Made by a program: the position numbers and the translations under genes. The notes under the pieces are model-generated. The model was not told the DNA's origin. It ran no database searches and saw only the letters and a program-made list of their open reading frames with translations. A stretch of 64,000 nucleotides of DNA, from positions 2,176,001 through 2,240,000 of the forward strand of contig CBDBCZ010000017.1 of the NCBI GenBank assembly GCA_965203295.1, in the 5' to 3' direction. The DNA comes from Nitrospirales bacterium (lineage in GTDB: Bacteria; Nitrospirota; Nitrospiria; Nitrospirales; UBA8639). Shown here one piece after another: positions 61,190-64,000 of this stretch; positions within the stretch are counted from its first letter, which is position 1; each line of letters opens with the position of its first letter.

Positions 61190-61460
61190 ACCGAACGCTG
61201 CCTACTTTTGTCGCAGTGTCCACTCATTGTGAACCCATCCATTCGCTGATTGAACCAAGTATTCAGTAGAGGCAACGAATGCTCATTGAACCACTGTCTG
61301 AGCACTGCCATTTCCTGACTGAACATAGCTGTTCGCTGACGGAACACTGCTGTTTATCACCCAAATACAGTGTTCATGTACCCAACACAACCGTCACCAA
61401 CTAAACACAGCCTTTCACCAACTGAACACAGCTGTTTGTGAACTAAACACAGCGCTCGCT
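61190..61460 (+). repeat. Degenerate ~22-bp minisatellite (CTGAACACAGCTGTT...-like)
   Basis: Recurrent (C/T)T(G/A)AAC(A/C)CAG units; boundaries approximate. Confidence 0.55.
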
Positions 61461-63744
61461 TGCTGATTGCTGCTGATCTTTTACGTAGATGTGACACATT
61501 CCATAGCAAACTGCTCTAATTTGCCCAATGCTTAGAAAATTTTATTGTATTCCAATTGACAAAAGTTGTCAAAAGGAATGTTTTTGGCTATATGGAAAAA
61601 CTCCATCAAAATGAGTTGACATGTGCAACTTATTTCATCATAATTATAAATATACCCACTCCACTGTTTGATACTTGTGATACTGTGGTTCTCAAGATTA
61701 TTGGTTGTGTCTTTCAATTTTTTTGTTTTGCTTCAGCCACATACAGCAAGACCTGCAGCTTAAAAGTGCTTGCAGTACTTCCTCAACACGTTGGGAAAAC
61801 TCTTAAGCTCAGAGGGTTTCAGCAAGCATGTGTGAGTGCCCATCACTGATTGCCAAATTGTATATCTGAATAGCGAGAAGATTTTTTATTTTCCCACTAT
61901 TCGATATATAATTATTGAGGTCTTAAGTTCTGTGCAGTAGAATGCTTTCAGTACAAGGGCGTAACTGGAAAATACTCCATGTACTCAATTGTTAACAGCC
62001 AGACTTTGATCTAAACAACCAAATCAAATTTCAATTAACACCGTTTCTGTGATGACATTAATTTACAATCAGTGAAAAGCTGCTAATGGCGCTATCACAA
62101 CCTGGATAGCAAAACAAACTACCACATGGCTTTGTGGGATTAAAAGACTCTTTTCCTGCAATCATTGCTAGATAAGGACAACTAAACATGTCATAAATCC
62201 AAAACAAGAGCATCACTGTATAAGTTCAGAACAAAGGGCACAGTATTGGATGGTACAATCAGGGTAACTACGTGTATGCTTTTCCCAACTACTAACTGCT
62301 CTACAGTTGAGCAAACTACTGAATAGTCATGGATTTTCCCACTAGTATTTTTACCAGCTGGCCAGTTCTTATACATACATCGTGTATATCTGGTTTATAC
62401 AGTATATACGTATATGTATTTATGAGGCATTTTGATTATGCTGTAAGCATAGTTCTTCTCCACTGTCATAGGTTGATGGCTGTGACAATGTACGTGTGGC
62501 ATTAGTGTCCACCATTCCTGCTGTTCTGACATCTGTAGAGAAAGAAATGACATCGACACTGTTTGCATCTGTAATGTAAAGCTGATATGGGAAGCAGATG
62601 AGAGGAAATTCTTGTGTAGTTAGTGACTGCATGCATGGACCCTACTTAGGAGCAAGACACGTCATCAAAATATGAATAATCTCTCAGGAGAATAGTAATT
62701 TGACTCATATGTTTTCAAGTTTATTTTAGGTGGCCCAATTGTACTACGTATGTCTGATACATTCCATTTATGCTCCTTGCTGAGATGGTATGCGTAATAT
62801 ATATTTTTCTTTCTCTCCAGTAATATGAAATAGGAAACTAGCGAACTGCAGCTGATTTTAGCCAAGGAGCTACCCAGCATTGTGTCTGCAGTGTCAAGAC
62901 AGGATGTGCCACGGTACTGAGGTGTAGTGCAATGTTTCAGAGCTGTAGTTTTAATTTAGAATTTAGAATGGGTGAGTTTTTAATCTCTCTCTTGCCACTT
63001 TATTGTAGTCATGTTCACTATAGGGTTGTAGGTGAGTGATTGCCTCCATAGAGCCCTAACATTATTCAAGCAGAAACTTTATACACAGTGTAATTTGGCA
63101 AGTTTACGTAGACTCATAGAATATGAGACAGTAACTGTTGATAATTTTAAAATGTGACATAAGTATTGCATAATCCTTACATTTATGTGATGCCCTTGCA
63201 GATGACTCTTCTGTGATTAGTTCCCCTTGCATACCTTTGTTCACCAATGAGTGTCAGCAAGTTCGGAATGCTATCAGGTACTACATGTACATAATCATAG
63301 CTTCACTTGACATACGTAGTATCTTTTGATCTAAGCCTGTGTATGTACATTCTGCAAGGTAGCAGTATAACAAGAAATGGAATATTTTAATGTTAATACA
63401 AATTATATTTGTCAGATTATAAACTATTGTAGGTATGTATCTTTTAAATGTCAAGTGTATTATTTATAGCTATTTTCTTCACAGGTTCACAGAATAGCAA
63501 AAGCTCATACACTAACCCCTGGGAAGATGCTGTCCCTGTTCAAGGACAATGTTTGTCAGGTACATTAACTTGTAGGCCTTGTCTGCTATTGGATATGACC
63601 TTAACTGGGAATCTTGGTACATGTTTTGCAGTTTCTTGTGGAGGTACTACATCAGAAGAAGGGTTTCATTTTGAAGGCAGACAAAAAAGGACCATTCTTT
63701 CAGGTGCGTGTGTAGACTTCCTCATGTTGTGAAATGGCATGATG

Positions 63745-64000
63745 CACAGCGCGCGAATGGCTGGTACTAAGATTGCTTTACGTTTTCTGTCTGTTTGTTT
63801 GTTTGTTTGTCTGTTTGTGCGTCCGCACTTATCACATGCGCCATATATTGCATCATACGTTACTATGCAACTGCAGTGTATAGCAGCTTTTGGAGGTTTG
63901 CAGGCCAAGCTACAGCAAATGGAGGTAGTTTTGTGTTGCCTATAGATGGCGAAAACGTGGTGGGTATCCGTAAAGATCCTGGTTTCTTGGCACATATCTA
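63745..64000 (+). mobile_element. Copy 3 (inverted, runs off the window) of the 15274-15724 repeat family
   Basis: GCTGGTACTAAGATTGCTTTACGTTTT followed by (GTTT/GTCT)n. Confidence 0.75.

Noticed and set aside
1..64000. tRNA, rRNA or other structured RNA genes
   Set aside because: None recognised by eye; tRNAscan-SE and Infernal were not run

Overview
Eukaryotic, intron-containing, repeat-rich DNA. It looks like an invertebrate animal, plausibly a sponge (inferred from short introns and repeat style; not proven). (1) Two full-length, mutually divergent tyrosine-recombinase retrotransposons with Ngaro-type split direct repeats (A1-gag-RT/RNaseH-YR-B1-A2-B2): E1 at 809-6694 (-), intact with apparently identical repeats, and E2 at 18462-24235 (+), with one nonsense codon in RNase H. 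(2) A recent segmental duplication (1-15190 vs 26945-33718) whose second copy preserves the empty E1 target site, within an older co-oriented mosaic of repeated modules. (3) A multi-exon adhesion GPCR on the minus strand (39171-48332; LDLa x2, EGF, Calx-beta, GAIN/GPS, 7TM) with several lesions, probably a pseudogene. (4) Many MITEs, Helentron-like repeats and LINE scraps. Best candidate for a novel system: in both retroelements a short 'MAS...' leader exon ends in a phase-1 GTGAG donor, and gag, RT/RNaseH and YR are each preceded by a phase-1 acceptor, predicting one leader alternatively spliced onto three ORFs. Both elements also share an att-like TTAA-N7-TTAA junction plus a 3-nt-loop hairpin despite different sequence. 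All splicing claims are predictions from sequence only.
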